A stretch of 63,051 bases of DNA, the filler included, from Octopus bimaculoides (lineage: Eukaryota), in the NCBI RefSeq assembly GCF_001194135.2. It is 5 parts of 4 records of this genome, joined end to end, with 100 filler letters (N's around TTAATTAATTAA, not from the genome) between each part and the next. Parts side by side here need not be neighbours in the genome. Positions count along the whole stretch, not along the records: positions 29,387 to 44,209 come from NC_068989.1; positions 44,310 to 63,051 come from NC_068989.1; 3 more parts are not named here. One strand, given 5' to 3'. The notes under the pieces were generated by a model, which searched no databases, had not been told where the DNA came from, and saw only the letters and a list, made by a program, of their open reading frames with translations. Below are positions 37,464-51,909 of the stretch, in pieces. The translations under genes were made by a program, and so were the position numbers. Position 1 is the stretch's first letter. Every line of letters begins with the position of its first letter.

Positions 37464-38764
37464 NNNNNNNNNNNNNNNNNNNNNNNNNNNNNNNNNNNNN
37501 NNNNNNNNNNNNNNNNNNNNNNNNNNNNNNNNNNNNNNNNNNNNNNNNNNNNNNNNNNNNNNNNNNNNNNNNNNNNNNNNNNNNNNNNNNNNNNNNNNNN
37601 NNNNNNNNNNNNNNNNNNNNNNNNNNNNNNNNNNNNNNNNNNNNNNNNNNNNNNNNNNNNNNNNNNNNNNNNNNNNNNNNNNNNNNNNNNNNNNNNNNNN
37701 NNNNNNNNNNNNNNNNNNNNNNNNNNNNNNNNNNNNNNNNNNNNNNNNNNNNNNNNNNNNNNNNTTCGATCCTTGAGATCTTTTCAACAGTAAATATGAA
37801 TAATAAATTTTTGAAAAATTATTGAAAAATTAAATTTTGGTAAATTTAAAAGAAAAGTATTTTTAAAGACATATTTGTATAGTATTCAAGTAACAGGGAC
37901 ATTTTTCTTGTTTCTGCCTTTCTCTGTTTCACTTGTTAACTCTTGTGAGTTCGAAGAAGGAGTGCTGTGATAGTAGCAGAGTGTTAATTGGTTGGGTGTC
38001 CTGACATTGACCTGTTGATGGTCATAGTGATCTGTATTGTTTATAATGTTTGGGTAGGTGTTATTCTAAACAGCAGTAGTAGTAATAAAGTAAGGGAGGA
38101 GGTGGTGGAAAGGAAGAAGATGACGGAGAAGATGAGGGATGGCGAGAAGAAGAGAAATAGTAATAATAAAATGCAGGATAGTGTGATAGAAAAACAAAAG
38201 ACGAAAACAGGTGTATGAACCACAAGCAGGTGTATTAGTTGGACGCTCGGGAAAGTGAGAAAGTCTTTTACGTTTCTAGCCTAAACTTTTCAACAGAAAG
38301 GAATATAAGGAAATAAACCGAGAGAGAATAAAGAAATTGTGGATTTTAGCGATCAATCATGGCGACTACATATATATATAAAATTTACAGAAAACAAAAG
38401 ACGACGACAGGTGAGAGGACAACACGCAGGTGTATTAGTTTGAAGCTCGGGAAGAATGGAAATGTCTTTGAAGTTTTCTAGCCCTCGCTTTTCGACATAA
38501 AAGGTTGAGAGGAAAAGCAAAATGGAGAGATTTGTTGAACTTCTAGATTGCAGAAACACCAGTTGGCATGTAGTGAGCGACAAAAACACTCTGACATATA
38601 CTAACATATAACCACATACATAAACACATACATATACGATGCACTTTCGCACAGTTTCCATGTACAAAATTCACTTAGAAGGCGTTAACTGAATCTGATT
38701 TACAGTGCTGCATAGTTGGACTAAACTCGGAACCGCATGTTTGCCAAGCGAACTTCGTAACTAC

Positions 38765-38870
<106 letters not shown>

Positions 38871-39654
38871 TAATATTATTGCACAGTATTTTCTGGTGCG
38901 CTAGATATTTGGAAACGATGGTGGTGGAGGGGTAACAAATACGCGCACACACGCATGTACACAAATATATGCATACATATTGTGGTTAGGATTCCTGGCT
39001 TTTACCCAGGCGGACCGGCGGCCCCAAAACATTAGCGGCTCGGCAATAGAGACAGACAGAATAAGTACCAAGCTTAAAAATAAGTCTGGATGAGGGTGGG
39101 ATGAGGGTCGATTCATGTGACTAAAACTGTTCAAAGCAATGCCTCAGCATGGCTGCAGTCTAATGAGTGAAACAAGTAAAAGATAAAAGATGACAGTTAT
39201 TCAGTGATTAAATGTTACATGTATTTTTTTTTTTTGCTGCTGAAAGGAAGAAGTTATGCTCAAACTCGTTACCCTCACCCGAATGTTTACAGGAGAGTGG
39301 AGTTGAAAGCACTCAATAGAGGTAAAACATCGATTTCCTGGAACCTTTGGTTTCAAAATTTTTCCGGATTATTGACTTTTTCCGAACCAGTGGTGATCAC
39401 TTCTGAATTAAGCAAATATTGGTTTCGAATTTTGGCAAAAGACCAGAAAATTCAGGTAAGCGGATAAGTCGATTACGTCGACCATAGCGTTCAACTGGTA
39501 CTTATTTTATCGATCTCGGCGGCATTTGAACTCAGAACGTAAAGTCGGATGAACTACCGCTAAACAATTTGCCCAGCGTACTAACGATTCTNNNNNNNNN
39601 NCGTCATCTTAAATTATACAAATATTGAATTTACTTAAGTAGTTAAATGAAATA

Positions 39655-39990
39655 CGGGTTCATCAATCGTTAGAGCGTCGGGCTCACAATTATGAGGTAA
39701 TGAGTTCGATTCCTAGACTGGGCTGTGTTGTGTTCTTGAGCAGCTGCAGAAATGAGTTGCGACGTCACTGATGCCAAGCTGTATTGGCGTTTGCCTTTCC
39801 CTTAGATAACATCGGTGGAGGGGAGAAGGGGGGCTGGTATGCACGGGCAACTGCTGGTCTTCCGTAGACAACTTTTCCCGGACTTTTCCATATACAACTT
39901 TTCCCGGACTTTTCCATATACAACTTTCCTCGGAGGGGGACTTTTTAGGTGCAATCCCATGGTCATTCATGACCGAAGGGTGTCTTTACA
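39655..39990 (+). mobile_element. tRNA-derived SINE, family D, with an internal ~26-bp tandem duplication
   Basis: GTTAGAGCGTCGGGCTCACAAT..GAGTTCGATTCC head; CAACTTTTCCCGGACTTTTCCATATA present twice. Confidence 0.65.
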
Positions 39991-40616
39991 TTTACTGTGC
40001 AAGGTACTGTGCAATAGGGCTTTCCAGTAAACAACTCTGGCGGCCGTAGGAATTTGAAGTTTCTGCACGTAAATTAATGCAGATTATAATATGTTCCGGA
40101 TCTCCAGTGTCCTGAAAACCTGTGTTGTGTCTTTAACCTGATGGTGATGTAAAACCGTGCGATGGATTAAATTCATCACCCAATGTCATTAGGTCACAAA
40201 ATCTTATTTTCCTTTCTTAAATATACAGTCCTAAGAAAACAATACGAATTTATTTTATAATCGATTTTGGGATCCCTATATATAACTGGTCGTAAATTTA
40301 TCGATTTCAAGAATAAATAAAAGAACTAGTGGCGGTGGGGGTTTGCGCTCAGAACATAGACATTCGAAACTAACTATGCAATCGTATTAAAGAGTTCAAT
40401 CAGAGGGGAAAATAGAAAATGGTGTGTGTGTGTGGGGTCTCTTCAGATATCCTCACTAACGATCGAAAAGCAATAATTATTCACATTTCTGTCAATGTTT
40501 TCAATTAGCTAATATCCGCAAAAAATACAAATAAATATAAATATATTAATAAAAGATAACACAAACATTCACATTATGTTAGATGGATTCGATAATTACA
40601 CTTGAAACATAATATA

Positions 40617-40658
<42 letters not shown>

Positions 40659-40815
40659 AACGACAACAAAGGGAAAGAACGTCATCAAAAACCTAATTTG
40701 TGCATTGTCACGCCATAAAACAAAAAAGAACTTTATTACTTTCGCTTACTGAAATCATAATTATTTATTCGTGTTTATAACAACACTATCATGTCGAAAG
40801 TCGACATAGTGCCTT

Positions 40816-40890
<75 letters not shown>

Positions 40891-40910
40891 NNNNNNNNNN
40901 ACTACTACTA

Positions 40911-40947
<37 letters not shown>

Positions 40948-42344
40948 AGTTCCATTTTCTAAATAACTGTTCTAACATTCTTATATTTAAACAGAAGTTA
41001 AGTAAACAGATAAACCTTACGAGTACAGAGTCAAACAGAGAAGCTGATCAAACTAGATGTGTAAAGGTTTTCCAACGCAGATGGTAAACCATATGCGTCT
41101 AATTGCAAGTGAAACTGAAGCCGATTATTCTTTGTTATCATTACGGGGATCAAAAACCGAAGCTATCTGACAGAATCGTTCTGAGTTCAAATTCCGCCGA
41201 GGTCAACTTGTTTACTGGTATTTTTGCACTGTACAGTATTTATAAACTTGTACCAAATATACTAATGTATAAGTACCTGCATTTCAGTAGATGATTTATT
41301 TGACCTTACGCCAAAATATGAAACCCGTTATTACGGGGCTCAAAAACGAAGCGATCTGGCAGAATCATAAGCTTGTCGAACAAAATGCTTAGCGGCATTT
41401 GTTCTACCTATTTAAGTTCTGAGTTCAAATTCCCTTGAGGTTGATTTGCCTTTCATCCTTTCGGGGTCGATAAAATAAGTGTCAGACGAGTATTGGAGTC
41501 GATGTAATCGACAAATCGCCGTTTAATATTCCAGTCAGGAAACTCTGGGTAGCTAAATTTCACAAGGTTTTTGTGTAGTTCTTATGAATACTAATATCTT
41601 TACTATCTTCACTAACCGATTTCTTTACTACTTGCTGAACTTCATACCACACGTGTCTATATATAATACATACATAGTAATTCTTGCATATCTGCTTATC
41701 TATCTGTACGTGAATCTAAATGCTTTTGTGTGCGCATTGATGTGCCAAAAATATGCAAAAATAAAAATGCATGTACGCACTACACATACACGATATTAAA
41801 TGTTTGTCTTCATATAAATCTATATATAAAAATTGTTGGATAATAAATTGAAGGATCGCACAAATTTTTGTAGACAACTATGTTCCTTAATCTTTACAAG
41901 AAAAACCTTTTCCTGGTGTATGTATGTGTGTGTGTATGTGTGTGTGTGTGTGTGTGAAGAAAATGTTTTATCGAAATTTATATGTTTCTCGCGTGAGACA
42001 AGCTATCACAAATTTAAAATTACATGGTCGATTTTAGATAAGATACAACAATACAGGAACAAAGGCTTGAAATAAAAATAAATGCAGTGTGACTTTTTTG
42101 AGCGTAAAACTAAGGATTTTGATTCCAGGGAATAACAATTTGAACAAAAGAACGGAATTGTTAATGCAGGGGATTAAGAGTTTGTATGCACGGGGGCTAA
42201 GAGTATCTTATATAAATACCAGCCTTCATAAATTTCGTCCTGGGTCGAAGAGAAATGGTTAATTAATTTATATAATATGTATATACGTACATGTTTGTGG
42301 ATGTATGTGCATGTTTATGTATATCTCCACATATATATATATAC

Positions 42345-42375
<31 letters not shown>

Positions 42376-42950
42376 CATGTATGTATATGTATGTATGTAT
42401 GTATGCATGTATGTATGTATGTACATGTATATCTGAATGAGTATATATGCATATATAAATATGCATATGTGTGTGTATGTGTGCGTGCGTGTGCGTGCGT
42501 ACGTGCATATGGATATATGTACATAAGCAGGCGCGTAAAACGCATACATATGCACAAATGCACTCACAAATATTGTTTTAAAAATATTACTTTAAGATAT
42601 TACTTAACAACGCAATTTCATGAGTAAAGTTATTAAAGTGAATTAGCTTGTATGAAGTTGAAGTCGTTTGGGCTACTCTAAGAGATGTAGGAATCAAATG
42701 AAAAATGCAGGCTCGAAACAGCCGTTCTTGCACGTATCAATAGGAAGATTTAAAAAAGAGTAACATAAAGAATAGTGTTTTCTTCATAACTTTCATTTAA
42801 TATTTCAAAATATATTCAAACAATAGATATTCCAAAGGAAAACAGGCTCGGATTACTACCTGGGTGACCAGAAACGTGTAACACGGATTACTGAAATTAT
42901 GAGTTTAATTGAGTTCTCTTATTTATCACCTCTCAGTGAATCAACAGAGC

Positions 42951-43052
<102 letters not shown>

Positions 43053-43286
43053 CATCTATCTATCTATCTATCTAATATATATNNNNNNNNNNNNNNNNNN
43101 NNNNNNNNNNNNNNNNNNNNNNNNNNNNNNNNNNNNNNNNNNNNNNNNNNNNNNNNNNNNNNNNNNNNNNNNNNNNNNNNNNNNNNNNNNNNNNNNNNNN
43201 NNNNNNNNNNNNNNNNNNNNNNNNNNNNNNNNNNNNNNNNNNNNNNNNNNNNNNNNNNNNNNNNNNNNNNNNNNNNNNNNNNNNNN

Positions 43287-43324
<38 letters not shown>

Positions 43325-43328
<4 letters not shown>

Positions 43329-43530
43329 GAATTCACGAAAAAACAACAGACGAAGACAGGTGGTGTAAACAACAAATAGATGTATTAGTATAACGTTCGG
43401 GAATAGAGAAAGTCTTTAACGTTTCGAGCCTACGCTCTTCAACAGAAAGGAACACAGAAAGAAACAAGGAGAGAAACAAGGAGAGAAAAAAATATATATG
43501 TGTAGTGGTCAGCGATCTATCATGGCGAAA
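43325..43530 (-). mobile_element. Short dispersed repeat carrying the CUGUUGA motif; other copies at ~29960-30105, 38190-38365 and 38380-38560; related copy at ~4810-4995
   Basis: Shared AGCGATC(T/A)ATCATGGC end, purine tract and AGTCTTT.ACGTTTC.AGC block. Confidence 0.7.
43414..43449 (-). ncRNA. Minimal hammerhead-like motif, A6U core variant (same family as 29990-30026)
   Basis: CUUU-CUGUUGA-A-GAGC-GUAG-GCUC-GAA-ACGU-U|AAAG. Confidence 0.55.
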
Positions 43531-44081
43531 TAGCAATAATCCTAGGATGGAATTTATAAGCATTTAATGGAAATCAACTCGTGACCGAGTAGACAACTAG
43601 CGAGTCCATGCAAATGATCTAAGAATCCAAGAAATTCTGTGCATGAAATTGTTTTGAGTGGACGAAGTGTTGCACAGTACTGAACCTACTTTTCAGCGCA
43701 ATCAACTATAGGACCAGTGGCACAAGAGAAGTTGAGACGAGTAGAAACTAAGAGCACTTCAGCTTTTTTCTATATATGAGTTTACATTCTCCTAGAAGAA
43801 AATTCTAATGAGAAGTAAGGATCTTTCCTCCCCAGTGGCCCTCATACTAGTTAATATATAGCTAAGACCCTAAAAAGTACTACTATTTTAGGGTTAGAGT
43901 CGTTCTGGCAACAATAGTGGTTAAGAAGTGGTCTCATTTTCCTCAAAATGCTAGAGCTCCTGTACCAGGGACCCACAACAGGATGCAGTTTTAAGTCGTA
44001 CAAGCATACATAGACAGATAGAAACACACACATACATATATGTGCGCGCGCACACACACACGCACACACACATACCCCCAT

Positions 44082-44115
<34 letters not shown>

Positions 44116-44209
44116 TCTCTCTTTCCTTTCCTGAGCGTCCAATAATACTATCCATATCACGTCCTCACTTTGTTGTTTTTTGTCTTTTTGTTATTGTCTT
44201 TTTTAACTA

Positions 44210-44309
44210 NNNNNNNNNNNNNNNNNNNNNNNNNNNNNNNNNNNNNNNNNNNNTTAATTAATTAANNNNNNNNNNNNNNNNNNNNNNNNNNNNNNNNNNN
44301 NNNNNNNNN
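44210..44309. other. Artificial scaffold-join spacer
   Basis: Same pattern. Confidence 0.95.
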
Positions 44310-44342
<33 letters not shown>

Positions 44343-45705
44343 TATACATATATATATATGTCTGTATGTATTGGTAAATACATGTACGTATGTGTACGCC
44401 TTTGTGCATACATGTGTGAGAGAGACGGAATTAGGGAAAAGAGCGTGTGTGTGTGTGTGTGTGTGTGTGAGTGTGTTTTATTTTACGCTTTTTTCACCAT
44501 TGCAGCGTGAAGTCATATGGCCTTGGGGTTAGGGTGTTGTACTCACAACCGTAATTACTGGCATTTTGCATGCACGATGATCAGAGATAGTCTTCCTCGG
44601 TCACGAGTGGACAACCATAACATACACACATACAGATCTTTACATTAATACGCATGCACATATATATACTTGAATATGTATACGCATATATGTATATATA
44701 TATATGCATATACATACATACATATACATATATTTACATATATATAGATATATACACACTCTCTCTCTCTCTCTCNNNNNNNNNNNNNNNNNNNNNNNNN
44801 NNNNNNNNNNNNNNNNNNNNNNNNNNNNNNNNNNNNNNNNNNNNNNNNNNNNNNNNNNNNNNNNNNNNNNNNNNNNNNNNNNNNNNNNNNNNNNNNNNNN
44901 NNNNNNNNNNNNNNNNNNNNNNNNNNNNNNNNNNNNNNNNNNNNNNNNNNNNNNNNNNNNNNNNNNNNNNNNNNNNNNNNNNNNNNNNNNNNNNNNNNNN
45001 NNNNNNNNNNNNNNNNNNNNNNNNNNNNNNNNNNNNNNNNNNNNNNNNNNNNNNNNNNNNNNNNNNNNNNNNNNNNNNNNNNNNNNNNNNNNNNNNNNNN
45101 NNNNNNNNNNNNNNNNNNNNNNNNNNNNNNNNNNNNNNNNNNNNNNNNNNNNNNNNNNNNNNNNNNNNNNNNNNNNNNNNNNNNNNNNNNNNNNNNNNNN
45201 NNNNNNNNNNNNNNNNNNNNNNNNNNNNNNNNNNNNNNNNNNNNNNNNNNNNNNNNNNNNNNNNNNNNNNNNNNNNNNNNNNNNNNNNNNNNNNNNNNNN
45301 NNNNNNNNNNNNNNNNNNNNNNNNNNNNNNNNNNNNNNNNNNNNNNNNNNNNNNNNNNNNNNNNNNNNNNNNNNNNNNNNNNNNNNNNNNNNNNNNNNNN
45401 NNNNNNNNNNNNNNNNNNNNNNNNNNNNNNNNNNNNNNNNNNNNNNNNNNNNNNNNNNNNNNNNNNNNNNNNNNNNNNNNNNNNNNNNNNNNNNNNNNNN
45501 NNNNNNNNNNNNNNNNNNNNNNNNNNNNNNNNNNNNNNNNNNNNNNNNNNNNNNNNNNNNNNNNNNNNNNNNNNNNNNATATATATATATATATATAAAG
45601 GAATGTCTGCCGCTGTCTAAATGTATACCTACACATCATTACACTAATATGCACATACATACATAATTACATATACATATATTTACATATATATAGATAT
45701 ATACA

Positions 45706-45793
<88 letters not shown>

Positions 45794-48389
45794 CGCACAC
45801 ACTCACCTGCTCACAAACGCTGTCACTCATACTTGGTGCAATTTGCTTGAGGCAATGTTAACCAAGTGTAAGGAAGCAAAAGCCAAAACAATGCTGTGGA
45901 AGAAGAAATAAATGAAACGTTCGTCGATATTTCCACAAATTCCCTAAAACGAAATGCAATAAAGACAGAATTAGAAACGCTGGGGAAGAACCCGATCTAT
46001 GAAAGTTGAACTCATTGTTTTCTATTATTTAGTTATATCACTTTAACTTCCATGTTCAAATCTCGTTCGGGCCAGTGTCGATAGCGTATTCATTTGAAAC
46101 CACCAAAAAAAAGACCCTTCTGGGCCTAATTTTACAGTCGTACAACAGAAATACTGGAGTGGCTTCATATAGTTATTTCTTTATTTATTAGCCATTTTGG
46201 ATTGTTGCTCTGGGAATTTTCTCCATGATGTTGAATTGGCAAAATTGTGAGAGCCTCGGTTGGAGAGAAGAAGAAGGAATATGTTTTGTACTGAGTTCAA
46301 ATCCAATTGAGGTTAACTTTACCATTCATCCTTCCGAAGTTGATAACCACAAGTACCAGTCAAGCCCTGAGGATCAATGATATCGACTAATCCCCGCCCC
46401 TCAAAATTATTGACTCTGTGCCATTGTTTAGCTACATTTTTTAACGTTCTAAGTTCAAATCTCTCTCGGGTCGCCCTTAACTTTTATTCTTCTCGTGTTG
46501 ATAATATATCTATTTCCATTTACCGATAATACAGGCACAGGAGTTGTTGTACGGAAGAAGCTTGTTTCCCAACCACATGGTTCCGAGTTCAGTTCCACTG
46601 CGTGGCACCTTGAGCAAATGTTCTACTATAGCCTCGGGACGACCAAAGCCTTGGGAGTGGATTTGATAGACGGAAACTGAAAGAAGCCCAATGCGTGTGT
46701 GTGTGCTTGTGTATGTGCGTGTGTTTGTCCCCCTTTCACCACTTGACAACAGCTGTGTTTATGTGTCCGTAATTTAGTGGTTTGGCAAAAAGAACTTCGC
46801 TGATATTTTGGTAATTTCCCCGAGAGTGGAGGTCTACTGACGCAAATCAGTCAACGTGGTTGACTGTATTATAGTCAAAGCCATAGCTTTGATAAGGTCT
46901 GTCCACAGTTGCCTCACTTAGGCATTTGCCATTGATAACGGCTAAAACATGATAAATATACCTACCAGTGAGTGGAAGCTTTTCTATTTGACATTCCATC
47001 TAAATTCGCTGTTTTAGAGAAGGGATGCATCAACACATGTTTGAAAACAAAGGCTACCATTGATTTAACAAAAAAAAAAAAGAACTAGATACTGTTTATA
47101 AATAAATAAAGGACCGAACCAGTGCGTGTGTTTATTACCGGCATAATGCCTCTCCCAAGGTTTAATAGTATTTTTTTCAACACACGTATTCACATCAAGA
47201 ATCTTGCACACCAAATACACATACGAAAAATTATTTCTCTTGCTTGCATTTTTCCATGTAATCCTTTTTTTTTTTCAGGCTATGCTATTTTGTTAATTAA
47301 TAATGTGTCAAGTGTGACAATTACCGGTGTCGTTGATAATTTTTTCCTTACCTCAATGATGCCGGTGACATATATCAAAAGTCCCCTAGTACTATATTCA
47401 TAAAAATGTATAGAACAAATTTGGCACAAGGTCAGCAATTTCGGGGGAGGGACTAAGTCGATAACATCGACCCCATTACTCGACTAATTCTTATTTGACC
47501 GAGCCCGAAAAAATAAAAGTCAAAAGTAGACCTCAGCAGCATTTGAACTTAGAACGAAATGCCGCTATTTTTTCCGGCGTGCTAACAACTCTTCTAGTTC
47601 GCCGTCTTAAATTAAGAGGGAAAATAATTCTGGCAATCCGTTTCTTCTAAGTCATTAGACCGAATATCATTTTTTCTCTTTTTTTTTTTATTTTGTTTCT
47701 CAACTCTAAAATGATAGAAGTCTCATAAACGTGTAATTACGAAGAAATGAATTGTAATTTACAAATTATAACACTCTTAACATATAATGATGTAAGAAAT
47801 CACTTTAATTTATAAAATATAAAAGCTATTGCGTCAGCACAACAGACGAAACAACCGGCATACTTCTATATACTGATAAAATAAATACTTGTCTAAGAAA
47901 CAAACGAAAAACCAGCATAATTAAATATCATAAGAATTGATATTTAAGCATAATTATAAAATAACGAAATCTTACAGACTTATGTAATTAATGATCTTCA
48001 ATAATCAATGAGTCTAATTTTTTTAATGATAATTGTTGCTAATTAAGTTAATTGGGTTGAATCATTACTTAAATATGAATGATAAAACTTTAACGAATTA
48101 AAGTAAACATTTTGAGATTTTGGTAAGCTACTTTAGAGTGTTGCCCTAAACTCCAACTTGCTTAGCTTAAACGTAAATCAAATCCATTCCATCAATGACC
48201 ATCCCGATTTTTTAAGACGCCAGTGTGCTATTATAAAGAGATTTCCCTGTTGTTTGTAGGCATGAGGCTTCTCCGTTCGCCCGTGGTGTCAACCTTTTTA
48301 CTATGAATTCGCTCAGATGATTGTAAATGAAGCGATTGTTCATACGGGACGAGAGCGGACAGTTAAAAACCGGTCTTCTTATTCTCCAA

Positions 48390-48422
<33 letters not shown>

Positions 48423-48539
48423 TATTAAACTTCGAAGTTACTGCCAATTTTTCTTTGTAAACATTTCACATATACACTACCAAAAACTATTCAGTAATCC
48501 TTCAGTTTCACATTAAATTTAACTTGATATTAATACGCA

Positions 48540-48590
<51 letters not shown>

Positions 48591-49451
48591 ACTTTTTTAT
48601 CTTTTCCTTGTTTCAGCCATCAGCCTCTGGCCATGCTGGGGCACCGCCTTCAAGAATTTTTAGTTAAATGCATCGACCCTAGGACTTTTTAAAACCTAGG
48701 ACTTATTCTATCGGTTTATATATTTTTTTTTCTTTGTACTCCACTACCGGTGTTGGTATGTTTACGTTCCCGTAACTAGCGGTTCGGCAAAAGAGACCGA
48801 TAGAATAAGTGCCATGTTTTAGAAAAGATAATAAGTACAGGGGTCGATTCGTTCAACTAAAATATTTTATGGCGGTGCTCCAGCATGGCCGCAGCCTAAT
48901 GACTGAAACAATCAAAGCACAAAAGGAATGTACATCTATAGATATATATATACAGATATAGATATATATACATATATATATATACAGATATATATATAGA
49001 ATATAAGGAGTTTAGTTTAACTGTGGTCGAAATGAATACGTACGCTAGGTAAGTGCGATAGTTCCAAGGTTTCAATATCACAGCTAAGGCTGGATCGAGG
49101 GATCCGTATTAGGGTTCCATTATAACGGTTATATATTATATTAGAGGAAAAAATCAAAACCAAGGCAGAACGAATATATCAAGTCATTTATTATAATCTA
49201 ATTAAGGTAAGGTGAATGTCAAGTCTTACAACTGTTTCTGGGATAACCCAGGTGGTTGGTTAGCAAGGACATGCAAACCAACCACTTGTAGATTTAGCGG
49301 TCAAGCATGGCGAATGCTTATATGAATGTTTATTTCTGCTTCCTAGTTCCAAAATATAAAAGCTCTCAACATACACTTTTGCTATGAGTGTGTAGATTCC
49401 TCTCTGAGATTATTGATAGAAGTAGCGATAGAGGTAGTAACGGTAGAGAAG

Positions 49452-49495
<44 letters not shown>

Positions 49496-49738
49496 GTGGT
49501 GGTGTTTCAATACAAGCTGCAACAGGCTGTATCCAAGGTACCACCAGAATTGGATTTCGAGTACCACTCGAGTTATTCTAAGCATGAGAGATATCAACAT
49601 TTAAAACAACCCAGTTTTCTGTTTCATATGTTTTGTGTGAAGAAGGAAAAGAAGAAAACTAATATAAGAGTAAACATCAGATGCTCCAGAACATTAAGAA
49701 GAACAACAATGAAACCGACAAACAAATCAACAAAAGCA

Positions 49739-49790
<52 letters not shown>

Positions 49791-50448
49791 CGTACTTTTC
49801 TTTTCCTTTATTTATTTTTCAGTTAAAATTTATAGCCCTACCCACAACGTCTTTATTCTTTTTTTTTTCTTTTATCCTTGATAAAATATTTCATATTAAC
49901 CCCCAACTCCCAACCCCACTCCTATTCGTTTCTCTACCGTTATTTATCTCGGCAAAACATTCGATTATTTCATAAATTCTTATTCATATTTTAAAAGTCA
50001 AACTCGCTGTCATTTCCCCTTCGCTTTCTTTCCTTCTTTCTTTCTTTCATTCTTTCTTTCTTTCCTTCTTTCCTTCTTTCTTTCTTTCTTTCCTTCTTTC
50101 TTTCTTTCTTTCCTTCTTCCCTTCTTTCTTTCTTTCTTCCCTTCTTTCTTTCTTTCTTTCTTTTTCAGATTTATTTCAAATGTCTCCTCTTCGTTTAACT
50201 CTTTATTTGTTTGCTGTTGTTGCTGCTGTTGTAGTTGTTGTTGTTGTTTTTCATAAATTCTGCAAACCTGATTTGTCTTTAGCCTTCTTTGCTAGTTTCA
50301 ATGATTTGACTGCGGTCATGCTGGAGCACCGCTTTCAATGCCTTTTTCTTTTTCTTTCTTTCTTTCTTTCTTTCTCGCTTTCTTTGACTTATTTGGTAGA
50401 TTTCTGGCGTAAAGGGAGATAATTCAATTTGAATGTACCGGCTTTATT

Positions 50449-50482
<34 letters not shown>

Positions 50483-50587
50483 CATATGTATGTGTGTATG
50501 TATGCATGTATGTATGTATTATGTATGTGTGTATGCATGCATTATGTATGTGTGTATGTATGTATGTATATAACCAAGATGCTCTTA

Positions 50588-50669
50588 GCCTGAAGAGTAG
50601 CCTGTGGTATTCACCTCGCTTAGATGTTTACCATTTCCAAGGTCCCGCTCGCTATGAAACATAAGTAGC
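50588..50669 (+). ncRNA. Hammerhead-like fold with intact core, long loop II and reduced stem I
   Basis: GC-CUGAAGA-GUAGC-(49 nt)-GCUAU-GAA-AC-AUAA-GU-A|GC. Stem III is closed with a GUA site; stem I is only 2 bp. Confidence 0.4.
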
Positions 50670-50703
50670 CCGGATCTCATTTATTCCATTCCTTCTTAAC
50701 TCT

Positions 50704-50747
<44 letters not shown>

Positions 50748-51059
50748 CGTGAATCGTCTAAGAGTCCGTAAGTCAAGGAAAAGATGCAGTCGTATATCTG
50801 TCAAAAGAGTGGGTATATTATCCGAAATGTTAAATTGGATGAAAACGGTAGATAAAGTTATGAAATGCTCCATGCTGTTTATGGATTAACTTGTATGATC
50901 CGAAAAATCTGTTTTTTGCTAGCAGAAGGGGTTCAAGAACGGTAGAGAGGAAGTAAGAGAGGATGAGAGGTGTGGGAGGGAGAGGAACATCGGAACATCA
51001 GAGCTGGTTGGGAAAATTCGTTATCTTCAGTGTAAAGGCAATAAGCGTAGAGTTGATGT

Positions 51060-51868
51060 GACGGAATTATTCATGAAGATTTAAACATGCACAAAGTTTG
51101 TTCAAAGTTTGTGGCCAGGATGCTCTGTGATGAAGAAGAAGGCGCATTAGTGATGTCAGGGAGATGGTTGAGTACATTACTCGAATTCAAGAGTACTTGA
51201 GTCTCTGGTGACCGGAAATAAAAGCTGGATCTACTGTTATGATCCAGAGATCAAGAGCCAGAATGCCCAGTGGAAGCATCCTGGCTTCTCCAGACCCAAG
51301 AAAGTCAAGCAAAGCAAGTCCACTGGCAAACTCATGATGATCGTCCTTTTTCGATGGAAAGGGCATCGTCTACAACCACCGGGTTCCCTCTGACCAAATG
51401 GTCAACAAAGAATACTTTGTGGAGGTTCTGAGGGAGTTCAGGGGGAGATTTCATCGCAAAAGGGCTGAACCCTTCCACTTCGGTCAGTGGCGCCTGCAAC
51501 AAGAAAAGGTACCAGTCTACAATTCCGTCCTGGCAACCAACTTACTAGACGGAGATGAGCATCGGAATTGTCTCTCACCCTGCCTACAGTCCAGACCTTG
51601 ATCCCTGATTGTTCCCCAAGCTGAAGGAGAACTGCAGGAGCAATTGTTTGAAAACATGGAGAAGATTTAGGAAACTGTGACAAGGATCCTGAACACCTTC
51701 ACTTTGAAGGACTTCCATGGGGCCATCAGCAAGTGGCTGGAGCGCTACAACAAGTGCATTGTAGTCAAGGGATCCTACATTGAAATCAGGGAGATTAGAG
51801 TCTTGTATTTATTTAACATTCATAAATATCTCTCCTGAAAAGTTTCAAAACTTGTGGAATGCACTTCG
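51060..51868 (+). pseudogene. Mariner (Tc1/mariner DD34D) transposase remnant with right TIR; multiple frameshifts; catalytic motifs mutated
   Basis: RIIHEDLNMHKVCSKFVARML; LVTGNKSWIYCYDPEIKSQNAQWKHPGFSRPKK; DGKGIVYNHRVP; VNKEYFVEVLR; HPAYSPDL; LFPKLK; KWLERYNKCIVVKGSYIE. Ends AAAACTTGTGGAATGCACTTCG. Confidence 0.9.

Positions 51869-51909
<41 letters not shown>

Noticed and set aside
43900-43990. RNase H-like peptide CILLWVPG on the minus strand
   Set aside because: A single short motif among stops; insufficient support.
46840-47010. RT-like WTDLIKA..FD on the minus strand
   Set aside because: Needs a frameshift and lacks neighbouring RT motifs.
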